From positions 14,322,001-14,386,000 of the forward strand of contig NC_086097.1 in assembly GCF_963921235.1 (NCBI RefSeq): a stretch of DNA of 64,000 bases. Reading direction: 5' to 3'. Positions 36,636 to 50,895 of this stretch are shown in pieces (position 1 is the first letter of the stretch; every line of letters begins with the position of its first letter). Source of the stretch: Mobula hypostoma. Lineage: Eukaryota. The position numbers and the translations under genes are program-made. Under the pieces are notes generated by a model, which worked only from the letters and a program-made list of their open reading frames with translations, was not told the DNA's origin and searched no databases.

Positions 36636-37684
36636 ACTAATGATGAGTGCAAGGTTGTCGTTGCAACTGCACTCAACCAGCTGATCTATCTCGCTTCTGT
36701 ACACCTCCTCGACACCATTGAAATTCTGCCAACAATAGTTGTGTCATCTCCAAATTTAAAGATGCCGTGTGAGCTGTGTCTAGCCACACAATTGTTAGTG
36801 TAGAGAGAGTGGAGTAGTGGGTCACGCATAATTGAGGAGCACCAGTGTTGACTGTCAGTGAGCAGAAGATGATATCTGCACTGATTGTGGTCTCCTGTTG
36901 AGGAAAACAAGGATCTAGTTGCAGAAAGAGGTACAGAGGCCCAGGTTTTGGAGCTGCTGATTAGAACTGAGGATACGATTGCGTTGAACGCTGAGCTGCA
37001 GTCAATAAGCTGCACCCTGATGTAGATATTGTTATTGTCCAGATAGTCCAAGGCTGGGTAGAGAGCCAGTGTGGTTGCATCCACTGTAGACTCTTTGTGG
37101 TGATTGGCAAATTGCAGTGTATCCAGGTTTTTGTTTAGGTAGGAGTTGATTCCAGCCATGGCCAACCTCTCAAAGCATTATATCACAGTAGATGTGAGTG
37201 CCACTGGGTGATAGTCATTGAGACAGCTCACTCTGATCTTCTTGGGCACTGATATGATTGCCGCCCTTTTGAAGCAGGTGGGAAACTCTGACCACAACAG
37301 TGAGAGATTGAAAACATGCCCACCACTTGGTTGGCACAGGTTTCCAGAGCCTACGCTACCTACCAGAGCCTACTCAGAATAAGATGGAAGGTCCACTCAG
37401 ATTAAGATAGAAGAATGAAAAGTCGCACAGCCATTCTGACAGACTGTCACCTTCAGACCATCTTTGATCAGACACAGGAATAGGACACAAAACCGGGTCC
37501 TACTTCACCTTGTATAGTATCATATTACAACACCGTTTGGAGGCCTATCATTTGAACTCACGCACCAGAGACATTCAAATGGGCTTTCTTCCTTTCTACA
37601 TTGATGAAAATAATCTTATCTTTTAAAACTGTGCCCTAAAACATTTTAGTTTCATGAGGTAAATATTAATAGCAATAATAATGG

Positions 37685-38135
37685 TAGATTATTTATAGAG
37701 CATTTTCCATAAAAATGCTGTAGCTCAAAGTGCTTTACAATAGGAAAAAGTATAAATATAAAAATAAAAGAAAAAATGATGTTAGTTAAGAACAAATCAA
37801 ATTTATGCTCTTTAATGATGTCTCCTAAGGAGAGTATATATAAAGAGAGGAGAAGACCAGGACAGCTTCCCTGAGCAATATCGAAAGGTACATCATATCT
37901 GTTAGAAAAATGGTCTCCAAGACAGACAAAAAAAATTCTCTCTCAGATGTATGAGAGAAATCAATTAAGGGCACTATCAATGAGGCCAACCCAGTTCTCA
38001 AGGCAATCTAGAAGAATGTTGGGGTCAACTGTATTGAAGGCAGCACTTAGATCTAGGAGAATTAAAAATAAGACCCTGTTGTCATCAGTGCTGAGCATAA
38101 GGTTGTTAACTTTGGATCTTAAATGGTGATAAACT
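37685..38135 (-). mobile_element. L2 LINE remnant (RT fragment joined to 3' tail)
   Basis: LILLDLSAAFNTVDPNILLDCLENWVGL; tail ttgtaaagcactttgagct...gctctataaat. Confidence 0.75.
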
Positions 38136-38151
38136 TGGAGACCATAAGGCC

Positions 38152-41135
38152 ATAGAACATAGAACATAGAATAGTACAGCACAGTACAGGCCCTTCAGCC
38201 CACAATATTGTGCCGACACTCAAACCCTGCCTCCCATATAAGCCCCCACCTTAGATTCCTCCATATACCTGTCTAGTAGTCTCTTAAACTTCACTAGTGT
38301 ATCTGCCTCCACCACTGACTCAGGCAGTGCATTCCACGCACCAACCACTCTCTGAGTAAAAAACCTTCCTCTAATATCCCCCTTGAACTTCCCACCCCTT
38401 ACCTTAAACCCATGTCCTCTTGTATTGAGCAGTGGTGCCCTGGGGAAGAGGCGCTGGCTATCCACTCTATCTATTCCTCTTATTATATTGTACACCTCTA
38501 TCATGTCTCCTCTCATCCTCCTTCTCTCCAAAGAGTAAAGCCCTAGCTCCCTTAATCTCTGATCATAATGCATACTTTCTAAACCAGGCAGCATCCTGGT
38601 AAATCTCCTCTGTACCCTTTCCAATGCTTCCACATCCTTCCTATAGTGAGGTGACCAGAACTGGACACAATACTCCAAGTGTGGCCTAACCAGAGTTTTA
38701 TAGAGCTGCATCATTACATCGTGACTCTTAAACTCTATCCCTCGACTTATGAAAGCTAACACCCCATAAGCTTTCTTAACTACCATATCCACCTGTGAGG
38801 CAACTTTCAGGGATCTTCTGTGGACATGTACCCCGAGATCCTTCTGCTCCTCCACATTACCAAGTATCCTGCCATTTACTTTGTACTCTGCCTTGGAGTT
38901 TGTTCTTCCAAAGTGTACCACCTCACACTTCTCCGGGTTGAACTTCATCTGCCACTTCTCAGCCCACTTCTGCATCCTATCAATGTCTCTCTGCAATCTT
39001 TGACAATCCTCTACACTATCTACAACACCACCAACCTTTGTGTCGTCTGCAAACTTGCCAACCTACCCTTCTACCCCCACATCCAGGTCGTTAATAAAAA
39101 TCACGAAAAGTAGAGGTCCCAGAACAGATCCTTGTAGGACACCACTAATCACAATCCTCCAATCTGAATGTACTCCCTCCACCACCACCCTCTGCCTTCT
39201 GCAGGCAAGCCAATTCTGAATCCACCTGGCCAAACTTCCCTGGATCCCATGCCTTCTAACTTTCTGAATAAGCCTACCGTGTGGAACCTTATCAAATGCC
39301 TTACTAAAATCCATATAGATCACATCCACTGCACTAACCTCATCTATATGCCTGGTCACCTCCTCAAAGAACTCTATCAGGCTTGTTAGACACGATCTGC
39401 CCTTCACAAAGCCATGCTGACTGTCCCTGATCAGACCATGATTCTCTAAATGCCTATAGATCCTATCTCTAAGAATCTTTTCCAACAGCTTTCCCACCAC
39501 AGACGTAAGGCTCACTGGTCTATAATTACCCGGACTACCCCACTACCTTTTTTGAACAAGGGAACAACATTTGCCTCCCTCCAATCCTCCGGTACCATTC
39601 CCGTGGACAACGAGGACATAAAGATCCTAGCCAGAGGCTCAGCAATCTCTTCCCTCGCCTCGTGGAGCAGCCTGGGGAATATTCCGTCAGGCCCCGGGGA
39701 CTTATCTGTCCTAATGTATTTTAACAACTCCAACACCTCCTCTCCCTTAATATCAGCATGCTCCAGAACATCAACCTCATTCATATTGTCCTCACCATCA
39801 TCAAGTTCCCTCTCATTGGTGAATACCGAAGAGAAGTATTCATTGAGGACCTTGCTCACTTCCACAGCCTCTAGGCACATCTTCCCACCTTTATCTCTAA
39901 TTGGTCCTACCTTCACTCCTGTCATCCTTTTTTTCTTCACATAATTGAAGAATGCCTTGGGGTTTTCCTTTACCCTACTCGCCAAGGCCTTCTCATGCCC
40001 CCTTCTTGCTCTTCTCAGCCCCTTCTTAAGCTCCTTTCTTGCTTCCCTATATTCCTCAATAGACCCAGCTGATCCTTGCTTCCTAAACCTCATGTATGCT
40101 GCCTTCTTCCTCCTGACTAGATTTTCCACCTCACTTGTCACCCATGGTTCCTTCACCCTACCATTCTTTATCTTCCTCACCGGAACAAACTTATCCCTTA
40201 CATCCCGCAAGAGATCTCTAAACATCGACCACATGTCCACAGTACATTTCCCTGCAAAAACATCATCCCAATTCACACCCGCAAGTTCTAGCCTTATAGC
40301 CTCATAATTTGCCTTTCCCCAATTAAAAATTTTCCTGTCCTCTTTGATTCTATCCTTTTCCATGATAATTATAAAGGCCAGGGAGCGGTGGTCACTATCC
40401 CCCAGATGCTCACCCACTGAGAGATCTGTGACCTGACCCGGTTCATTACCTAGTACTAGATCTAGTATGGCATTCCCCCTGGTCGGCCTGTCCACATACT
40501 GTGACAGGAATCCATCCTGGACACACTTAACAAATTCTGCCCCATCTAAACCCTTGGAACTAATCAGGTGCCAATCAATATTAGGGAAGTTAAAGTCACC
40601 CATGATAACAACCCTGTTATTTTTGCACCTTTCCAAAATCTGCCTCCCAATCTGTTCCTCTGTATCTCTGCTGCTACCAGGGGGCCTATAGAATACCCCC
40701 AGTAGAGTAACTGCTCCCTTCCTGTTCCTGACTTGCACCCATATTGACTCAAAAGAGGATCCTGCTACATTACCCACCCTTTCTGTAGCTGTAATAGTAT
40801 CCCTGACCAGTAATGCCACCCCTCCTCCCCCTTTTCCACCCTCTCTATCCCTTTTAAAGCACTGAAATCCAGGAATATTGAGAATCCATTCCTGCCCTGG
40901 TGCCAGCCAAGTCTCTGTAATGGCCACTACATCATAATTCCATGTATGTATCCAAGCTCTCAGTTCATCACCTTTGTTCCTGATGCTTCTTGCATTGAGG
41001 TACACACATTTCAGCCCTTCTACCTTACTGTCTTTACACCCTTTATTCTGCTTCTCTTTCCTCAAAGCCTCTCTGTATGTTAGATCTGGCTTTACTCCAT
41101 GCACTTCTTTCACTGCTCTATCGCTCTGGGTCCCA
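38152..41135 (-). mobile_element. Young CR1 LINE with almost complete ORF2 (APE endonuclease + RT); one frameshift and one nonsense codon
   Basis: YLNARSI, ITETW, MGDFN, SDH (APE); [20 protein letters not shown] (RT); frameshift ~39540, TAG at 39063-39065; (ttctatg)n tail. Confidence 0.97.
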
Positions 41136-41149
41136 GGGTAAAGGGTAAA

Positions 41150-41720
41150 GGAGCAGAGTAAGGCCATTTAGTGCATTGGGTCTGCCCTGCCATTTATCTA
41201 TGGCTGTCTGTTTTTTCTCAAACCTATTATCCCGCCTTCTTCCCATAACCCTTAACCATTATGAACCTATCGATCTCTGCCTAAGTTATGCCCAATGACA
41301 CGGCCTCCATAGCCCTGCTTGGTAACAAATTCCACTGATTCTCTACCCTCTGGATGAAAAAGATCCTCCTCATCTCGGTTCCAAAGGGATATCCCTCTAT
41401 TCTGAGGCTGTGCCTTTGGATCCAAGATTCTCCTATTAATCCTTGTCACATCTATTCTATCCAGGCCTTGCAGTATTCTTCAAAGAGATTCCCCCGCCCC
41501 CCACCATTCTACTGAACTTCATCGATTACAGGTCCTGAGCCATCAAAAATTCCCATATGTTAAGCCTTTCATTCCCAGGATCATTCTTGTTAACCTCCTC
41601 GGCACCTCTCCAACACCAACACACATTTCCATGGATGCGGCGCCAAGAATTGCTCACAATATTCCAAATGTGGTCTGACCAAAGCCTTATAAAGCCTCAG
41701 TAGTAAATTCTTACTTTTAT
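41150..41720 (-). mobile_element. Old CR1 3' fragment whose tail was the target of the 38152-41135 insertion
   Basis: LYKALVRPHLEY remnant ~41650-41700; 3'UTR resumes at 41150, tail remnant at 38140-38155. Confidence 0.7.
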
Positions 41721-42669
41721 ATTCAAAGATCAAAACTTCAAAGTAAGTTTATTATCAAAGTACAAATACTGCACAACCATGAGATTTGTTTTCTTGCAGG
41801 CATTCACAGTAAATCCAAGAAGCATAACAGAATCGAAGATTGTACCCAACAGGATGGACGAGTAAACAATGTGCAAAATAATACAAACTGCAAATACAAA
41901 AGAATAATTAATTAATTAAGCAAGCATTAAGTATTGAGAATATCAGACGAAGAGTCCTTAAAAGTGAGTCCATAGATTATGGAAACAATTTGGTGATGGG
42001 GCAAGTGAAGTTGAGTGAAGTTATTCTAGTCCTCTCAATATGAAGGTTATGTTTTTATGTTCATATACCTGTATCCATCTTAGATAACAGTCAAAATCAT
42101 CGCGATCAGTAACTAGATCTGGTGTTTTCTCTCTTATTACAACAGTGCACATAAATCTTCCATCTGTATGGGATGAATGTCTACCTTCTGCCAGCATCTG
42201 AACTGGAATAGTAATTGGTTTATTATTGTCACATCTACTGAGATACAGTGGAAAAATTTGCATGCATACTATTCATAGAGATAAGATCATTACACAGTGC
42301 ATTTTACAAAGTAAAACAATAACAGAATGCAGAGTAAAGTGTAACAACTAAAGAGAAAGTGCAGTGCAGGCATACAATAAGGTGTAAGATTATCAGCACT
42401 GGAAATCATAATGTTACTACCACAATTGGGTCATGAAAGTCTGGGAACCAATTCTCAGTGCAGTCAATGGTGAATCGGTGAATCTGTGCTTCTGTTCTCT
42501 TAAAAACTAATTCCCACCCACTCCACATGGTAAAAGCAACAGAATGAACAATCCCTTTTATTCCTGGGATCCTTTTCATGTTGGGAAACCAAATACTGCG
42601 TTGGGAAATGCTCTCAAGATAAGGGATCACCAAATACTGAAATACTGGACAGTTTCTATTCTCAGAATA

Positions 42670-45600
42670 CCATTCTGGCCCTGTGGCTCGGAAGGGTAGG
42701 GAAAGGAAGAAGGCAGCAGTAATAGGGGACCCTGTAGTTAGGGGGTCAGACAGACGATTCGGTGGACGCAGGAAAGAAACACAGATGGTAGTTTGCCTCC
42801 CAAGTGCCAGGGTCTGAGATGTTTCTGATCGCGTCCACAATATCCTGAAATGGGAAGGTGAACAGCCAGAAGTTGTGGTACATATTGGTACCAATGATAT
42901 AGGTAGGAAAAGGGAGGAGGTCCTGATAACAGACTACAGGGAGTTAGGAAGGAAGCTGAGAAGCAGGACCTCAAGGGTAGTAATCGCAGGACTACTGCCT
43001 GTGCCACACAACAGTGAGTATAGGAATAGAGTGAGGTGGAGGATAAATGTGTGGCTGAGGGATTGGAGCAGGGGGCAGGGATTCAGATTTCTGGATCATT
43101 GGGACCACTTTTGGGGCAGGTGTGACCCGTAGAAAAAGGACCGGTTGCACTTGAATCCAAGGGGGACCAATATCCTGAGAAGGAGGTTTGCTAAGGCTGT
43201 TGGGGAGAGTTTAAACTAGAATTGCTGGGGGTTGGGAACCAAAATGAAGAGATGGAGGAAGGAGCAGTGGCTCACAAATAGAGAAAGCTTGGAGACAGTG
43301 CGAGAGGGAAGATAGGCAGGTGATAGAAAAGGGATGCGCTCAGACCGATGGTTTGAGATGTGTCTATTTTAATGCAAGGAGTATTATGGACAAAGTGGAT
43401 GAGCCAAGAGCGTGGATCAGTACTTGGAGCTATGATGTTGTGGCCAATACAGAAACTTGGATGGCTAAGAGGCAGGAATGGTTACTTAGAGTGCCAGGCT
43501 TTAGATGTTTCAGAAAGGACAGGGAGGGAGGTAAAAGAGGTGGGGATGTGGCACTGCTGATCAGAGATAGTGGCACGGCTGCAGAAGAGGAGGAAGTCAT
43601 GGAGGGTTTGTCCACTGAGTCTCTGCGGGTGGAAGTTAGAAAGAGGAAGGGGTCAATAACTCTACTGCGTGTTTTTTATAGACAACCCAATAGTAACAGG
43701 GACATCGAGGAGCAGAAAGGGAGACAGATTCTGGAAAGAAGTAATAATAACAGGGTTGTCGTGGTGGGAGATTTTAATTTACCAAATATTGATTGGCATC
43801 TCCCAAAAGTGAGAGGTTTAGATGGGGTGGAGTTTGTTAGGTGTGTTCAGGAAGATTTCCTGACACAATATGTAGATAAGCCTACAAGAGGAGAGGTTGT
43901 GCTTGATAGACAATAGGTGCAGGAGTAGACCATTCGGCCCTTCAAGCCAGCACCGCCATTCACTGTGATCATGGCTGATCATCTACAATCAGTACCCCGT
44001 TCCTGTCCTCTTCCCATATCCCTTGACTCCACTATCTTTAAGAGCTCTATCTAACTCTTTCTTGAAAGCATCCAGAGAATTGGCCTCCACTGCCTCCTGA
44101 GGCAGAGCATTCCACAGATCCACGACTGTCTGGGTGAAAAAGTTTTTCCTCAACTCCATTCTAAATGGCCTACCCCTTATTCTTAAATTGTGGCCTCTGG
44201 TTCTGGACTCCCCCAACATTGGGAACATGTTTCTTGCCTCTAGCGTGTCCAATCCCTTAATAATCTTATATGTTTCAATCAGATCCCCTCTCATCCTTCT
44301 AAATTCCAGTGTATACAATCCCAGTTGCTCCAATCTTTCAACATATGACAGTCCCGCCATCCCGGGAATTAATCTCGTGAACCTACACTGCACTCCCTTA
44401 ATAGCAAGAAAGCCCTTCCTCAAATTTGGAGACCAAAACTGCACACAATACTCCAGGTGTGGTCTCACCAGGGCCCTGTACAACTGCAGAAGGACCACTT
44501 TGCTCCTATACTCAACTCCCCTTGTTACGAAGGCCAACATGCCATTAGCTTTCTTCACTGCCTGCTGTACCTGCATGCTTACTTTCAATGACTGATGAAC
44601 AAGGACACCTAGGTCTTGTTGTACTTTCCCTTTTCCTAACTTGACACCATTCCGATAGTAATCTGCCTTCCTGTTCTTACCACCAAAGTGGATAAACTCA
44701 CAGTTAACCACATTAAACTGCATCTGCCCACTCACCCAGCCTGTCCAAGTCACCTTCTATTCTCATAACATCCTCCTCACATTTCACACTGCCACGCAGC
44801 TTTGTGTCATCTGTAAATTTGCTTATGTTACTTTTAATCCCATCATTTAAGTCATTAATGTATATTGTAAATAGCTGCGTTCCCAGCACCGAGCCTTGCG
44901 GTACCCCACTAGTTACTGCCTTCCATTCTGAAAGGAACCCGTTAATCCCTACTCGTTGTTTCCTGCCTGCCAACCAATTTTCTATTCATGTCAGTACCCT
45001 ACCCCCAATACCATGTGCTCCAGTTTTGCTCACTCACTAATCTCCCATGTGGGACCTTATCAAAGGCTTTCTGAAGGTCCAGGTACACTACATCCACTGG
45101 CTCTCCCTTGTCCACTTTCATAGTTACATCCTCAAAAAAATTCCAGAAGATTAGTCAAGCATGATTTCCCCTTTGTAAATCCATGTTGACTCGGACCGAT
45201 CTGTTACTGCTATCAAAATGTGCCACTATTTCTCTAGCATCTTCCCCACCACTGATGTCAGGCTAACTGGTCTATAATTCCCTGTTTTCTCTCTCCCTCC
45301 TTTCTTAAAAAGTGGGATAATATTAGCTACCCTCCAATCCACAGGAACTGATTCTGAATCTATAGAACATTGGAAAATGATTACCAATGCATCCACAATT
45401 CCTAGAGCCACCTCCTTAAGTACCCTGGGATGCAGAACATCAGGCCCTGGGGATTTATCAGCATTCAGTCCCATCAATCTACCCAACACCATTTTCTGCC
45501 TAATGTGAATTTCCTTCAGTTCCCCTGTTACCCTAGGTCCTCTGGCCACTATTACATCTGGGAGATTGTTTGTGTCTTCGCTAGTGAAGACAGATCCAAA

Positions 45601-48600
45601 GTACCTGTTCAACTCGTCTACCATTTCTTTGTTCCCCATAATAAATACACCCGTTTTTTTCTTCAAGGGCCCAACTTTGGTCTTAACTAATTTTTTCCTC
45701 TTCACATACCTAAAGAAGCTTTTACTATCCTACTTTATATTCTTGGCTAGCTTACCTTCGTACCTCATCTTTTCTCCCCGTATTGCCTTTTTAGTTATCT
45801 TCTGCTGCTCTTTAAAATTTTCCCAATCCTCTGGCTTCCCGCTCATCTTTACTATGTTATACTTCTTCTCTTTTATTTTTATACTGTCCTTGACTTCTCT
45901 TATCAGCCACAGTTGCCCCTTACTCCCCTTAGAATCTTTTTTCCTCTTTGGAATGAAATGATCCTGCACCTTCTGTATTATTCCTAGAAATACCTGCCAT
46001 TGTTGTTCCACTGTCATCCCTGCTAGGGTATCTTTCCAGTCGACTTTGGTCAGCTCCTCCCTCATGGGTCCATAGTCGTCTTTGTTCAACTGTAATACTG
46101 ACACTTCCGACTTTCCCTTCTCCCTGTCAAATTGTAGATTAAAACTTATCATATTATGGTCACTACCTCCTAATGGCTCCTTTACCTCGAGTTCCCTTAT
46201 CAAATCCGGTTCATTGCACAACACTAGATCCAGAATTGCCTTCTCCTTTGTAGGCTCTAGTACAAGCTGCTCTAAGAATTCATCTTGGAGGCACTCCAAA
46301 AACTCCCTTTCTTGGGCTCCAGTACCAACCTGATTTTCCCAGTCTACCTGCATGTTGAAATCCCCCGTAACAACCGTAGCATTACCTTTGCGACATGCCA
46401 ATTTTACCTCTTGTTTCAGCTTGCACCCTATATCCAGACTACTGTTTGGGAGCCTGTAGATAACTCCCATTAGGGTCTTTTTGTCCTTACAGTTTCTCAG
46501 TTTATCCATACTGACTCTACATCTCCTGATTCTATGTCCCCCCTCGCAAGGGACTGAATTTCATTCCTCACCAACAGAGCCACCCCACCCCCTCTGCCCA
46601 CCTGTCTGTCCTTTCAATAGGATGTATACCCTCAAATATTCATTTCCCAACCCTGGTCCTCTTACAGCCATGTCTCTGTTATTCCTACAACAGCATACTT
46701 GCCAATTTCCAACTGAGATCAATTTCCAATTGATTTGGTATTGGGAAATGAACCTGGTCAGATGTCAGGTCTCTCAGTGGGAGAGCAGATAGTGTTCACA
46801 ATTCTATCTGCTTTACCATAGCATTGGAGAGGGATAGGAACAGACAAGTTAGGAAAGCGTTTAATTGGAGTAAGAGGAAATACGAAGCTATCAAGCAGGA
46901 ACTTGGAAGCATAAATTTGGAACAGATGTTATCAGGGAAATGTACAGCAGAAATTGAGCAAATGATCAGGGAATATTTGCATGACGTTCTGCATAGGTAC
47001 ATTCCAATGAGATAGGGAAAGTTTGGTAGGGTACCGGAACCGTGGTGTACAAAGGCTGTTGAAAATCCAGTCAAGAAGAGAAGAAAAGAAAAGCTTACGA
47101 AAGATTCAAAACACTAGGCAATGATAGTGATCTAGAAAATTATAAGGCTAGCAGGAAGGAACTTAAGAATGAAATTAGGAGAGCCAGAAGGAGCCATGAG
47201 AAGGCCTTGGCGAGCAAGATTAAGGAAAACCCCAAGGTATACTACAAGTATGTGAAGAGCAAGAGGATAAGACATGAGAGAATAGAACCAATCGAGTGTG
47301 ACAGTGGAAAAATGTGTATGGAACTGGAGGAGATAGCAGAGATATTTAATGAATACTTTGCTTCAGTATTCACAACGGAAAAGCATCTTGGCAATTGTAG
47401 GGATGACTTACAATGGATTGAGAAGCTTGAGCATACAGACATTAAGAAAGACGATCTACTGGAGCTTTTGTAAAGTATCAAGTTGGATAAGTCTCCAGAA
47501 CCAGATGAGATGTACCCCAAGTTACTGTGGGAGGCGAAGGAGGAGATTGCTGAGCCTCTGGCAATGATATTTGCATCATCAATGGGCATGGGAGAGGTTC
47601 CGGAGGATTGGAGGATTGCAGATTTTGTTTCCTTATTCAAGAAAGGGAGCAGAGATAGCCCAGGAAATTATAGACCATTGAGTCTTACTTCACTGGTTGG
47701 TAAATTGATGGAAAAGATTTCTGAGAGGCAGAATTTATGAACATTTGGAGAGGCGTAATATGATTAAGAATAGTCAGCATGACTTTGTCAAAGGCAGGTC
47801 ATGCCTTACGAGCCTGATTGAATTTTTTGAGGATGTGACTAAACACATTGATGAAGGTAGAGCAGTAGGTGTAGTGTATATAGATTTCAGCAAGGCATTT
47901 GATAAGGTACCCCATGCAAGGCTTATTGAGAAAGTAAGGAGGCATGGGATCCAAGGGGACCTTGCTTTGTGGATCCAGAATTTTCTTGCTCAGAGAAGTC
48001 AAAGGGTGGTTGTAGATGGGTCATATTTTGCATGGAGGTCAGTGACCAGTGGTGTGTCTCAGAGATCTGTTCTGGGACCCCTTCTCTTTGTGATTTTTAT
48101 AAATGACCTGGATGAGGAAGTGGGGGAATAGGTTAGTAAATTTGCTGATGACACACAGGTTGGGGGTGTTGTGGATAGTGTGCAGGGCTGTCAGAGGTTA
48201 CAGTGAGACATCGACAGAATGCAAAACTGGGCTGAGAAGTGACAGATGGAGTTCAACCCAGGTAAGTGTGAGGTGGTTCATTTTGGTAGGTCAAATATAA
48301 TGGCAGAATATAGTATTAATGGTAAGACTCTTGGCAGTGGAGGATCAGAGGGATCTTGGGGCCCAAGTCCACAGGACACTCAAAGCTGCTGTGCAGGTTG
48401 ACTCTGTGGTTAAGAAGGCATATGGTGCATTGGCCATCATCAACCGTGGGATTGAGTTTAAGAACCGAAAGGTAATGTTGCAGCTATATAGGCCCCTGGT
48501 CAGACACCACTTAGAGTACTGTGCTCAGTTCTGGTCACCTCACCACAGGAAGGATGTGGAAAATATAGAAAGGGTGCAGAGGAGATTTACAAGGATGTTG

Positions 48601-49035
48601 CCTGGACTGGGGAGCATGCATTATGAGAATAGCTTGAGTGAACTCAGCCTTTTCTCCTTGGAGCGACAGAGGACGAGAGGTGACTTGATAGAGGTGTATA
48701 AGATGATGGGAGGCATTGATTGTGTGGATAGTCAGAGGCTTTTTCCCAGGGCTGAAATGGCTAACACAAGAGGACACAGTTTTAAGGTGCTCGTAGTAGG
48801 TACAGAGGAGGTGTCAGGGGTAAGTTTTTTACGCAGAGAGTGGTGAGTGCGTGGAATGGGCTGCTGGCAAAGATGGTGGAAGCGGAAACGATCGGGTCTT
48901 TTAAGAGTCTCCTGGATAGGTACATGGAGCTCAGAAGAATAGAGGGCTATGGGTAACCCTAGGTAATTCCTAAAGTAAGTACATGTTCAGAACAACATTG
49001 TGGGCCGAAGGGCCTATATTATGCTGTAGGTTTTC
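42670..49035 (+). mobile_element. Long CR1 LINE (ORF1 SGNH esterase domain + full degraded ORF2), split by a nested antisense CR1
   Basis: VIGD.VVRG, VHIGTNDIG, LHLNPRGTNIL at 42720-43180; APE 43350-43907; resumes at 46735 (LVLGNEPGQ) through RT and 3'UTR. Confidence 0.95.
43908..46729 (-). mobile_element. Nested 5'-truncated CR1 LINE of a different family
   Basis: ORFs 45730-46509, 45226-45705, 44713-44973, 43989-44753 (APE to RT C-terminus); ttgat duplicated at 43903-43907 and 46730-46734. Confidence 0.95.
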
Positions 49036-49112
49036 TATGTTTCTACGTTTTCTATGCAACTATCTTTTCCAGAGGAGTGTGCAAGCACAGGCACGGAGCA
49101 GTGCATCATGTA

Positions 49113-49179
49113 CAGTACTGTGTGAAAGTCTTAGGCACATGTACATAGCAAGGCTACTTAAGACTTTTGCACAGTACTG
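49113..49179. mobile_element. 67-bp Tc1-type MITE
   Basis: TA-cagtactgtgtgaaagtcttagg ... cttaagacttttgcacagtactg-TA. Confidence 0.8.
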
Positions 49180-50084
49180 TACTTATCAATGTGGAGCAGA
49201 GAGCGAGTTGGTAAATCATGCAGGAGCAAAGGATGTTGGGAATGGAGAGGGTGAAATTGAGCTTGGATACAACACTAACACTGGCAGCTCAGTTCTCCCC
49301 TCTCCTCGCTCCCCTCTATGGACTATGATACTTCCTCAGTAAGCCAGCCAGCATAATTGAAGACCCCATCCACCCCAAGGATTCTCTTTTCTCTCCTCCT
49401 TTCCATCAGGCAGAAGATACAAAACCCTGAAAGCACGTACCACCTGGCTGATGGACAGTTTCTGTACCGCTGTTAACAGACTCTTGAAGGGACCTCTTTT
49501 ATGATAAGATGGACTCTTGGCCCCACAATCTACCTCATCATGACCTTGTGCTTATCCTTTTCCTGCAATGCACTTTTTCAATAGCTTTTATGGCTGATTC
49601 TGCATTGTTATTTGTTTATTTATTTCAAGATACAGCAAAGAACAAGCCCTACCGTCCGGCAACATACTGATTAGGCCAAGATTAAGATTGCTGGTCGGCC
49701 TAGCTCGAAGGGCCCAAAGGGCCTATTCTGCGCAGTATCTCAATAAGTAAATAAATCTTTTAAAACAAATGTATACCAAGCAGCTAAAGAAGAAGTCTCA
49801 ATGACCCAGAAATGCAGCAGGGCTTTTCGGGGATTTTTGATATTTTAAGCAGTTACCAGTGTTTCAGGTCTGCAAAAAGAAAAGTAAAATAAAAATTGCT
49901 TGTGTTTTATTTATATGCAGTTCTGAAGCATGTACAAAGTTAACAAACACCGATAATTGCTTCAGGGACTCTAGTTTGTCCTGAGGTAATTAAGTCGAAG
50001 TGGCTCCCACCAACCAAGGAATTTGCTTAGTTAGTGCGCTTTCATAACTAGAAAGGTTTGATGCAACCAGGCCAAGAACTTGAA

Positions 50085-50895
50085 ATGCTGATAAATGTGA
50101 GGTGCTACATTTTGGTAGGACTAATCAAAATAGGACATACATGGTAAATGGTAGGGCATTGAAGAATGCAGTAGAAGAGAGGGATCTAGGAATAACGGTG
50201 CATCGTTCCCTGAAGGTGGAATCTCATGTGGATAGGATGGTGAAGAAAGCTTTTCGTATGCTGGCCTTTATAAATCAGACAATTGAGTACAGGAGTTGGG
50301 ATGTAATGTTGAAATCGTACAAGGCATTGGTAAGGCCAAATTTGGAGTATTGTATACAGTTTTGGTCACCGAATTATAGGAAAGATGTCAACAAAATAGA
50401 GAGAGTACAGAAAAGATTTACCAGAATGTTACCTGGGTTTCATCACCTGAGTTACAGAGAAAGGTTGAACAAGTTGGGTCTTTATTCTTTGGAATGTAGA
50501 AGGATGAGGGGGGATTTGATAGAGGTATTTAAAATTATGAGGGGGATGGATAGAGTTGACGTGGATAGACTTTTTCCATTGAGAGTGGGGGAGATTCAAA
50601 CAAGAGGACATGTATTGAGAGTTAAAGGGCAAAAGCTTAGGGGTAACATGAGGGGAAACTTCTTTACTCAGAGAGTGGTAGCTGTGTGGAACGAGCTTCC
50701 AGCAGAAGTGGTTGAGGCAGGTTTGATGTTGTCGTTTAAAGTTAAATTGGATAGCTATATGGACAGGAAAGGAATGGAGGGTTATGGGCTGAGTGCAGGT
50801 CAGTAGGACTAGGTGAGAGTAAGAGTTCGGCACAGACTAGAAGGGCCAAGATGGCCTGTTTCCGTGCTGTAATTGTTATATGGTTATATGGTTAT
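50085..50895 (+). mobile_element. CR1 LINE 3' fragment with intact ORF2 C-terminus
   Basis: ORF 50102-50806; (tatatggt)n tail. Confidence 0.95.

Larger units (their letters stand above)
34635..37360 (-). mobile_element. Degraded Rex1/Babar LINE carrying two nested insertions
   Basis: ORF 36686-37165 (LQFA...IDCSSAFNAI...KFGDDTTIVGRIS), ORF 35615-35869, tcagaa tail. Confidence 0.9.

Noticed and set aside
39450..40307. Long + strand ORFs (also 44134-44595, 45566-45961, 62824-63291)
   Set aside because: Antisense shadows of LINE ORF2.
41135..41150. gggtaaagggtaaa telomere-like repeat at the CR1 5' junction
   Set aside because: Only two units and not the vertebrate TTAGGG repeat.
49921..49985. 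AG/GT-bounded 65-bp candidate coding exon
   Set aside because: Stop codons in all three frames; at most a non-coding exon, with no support.
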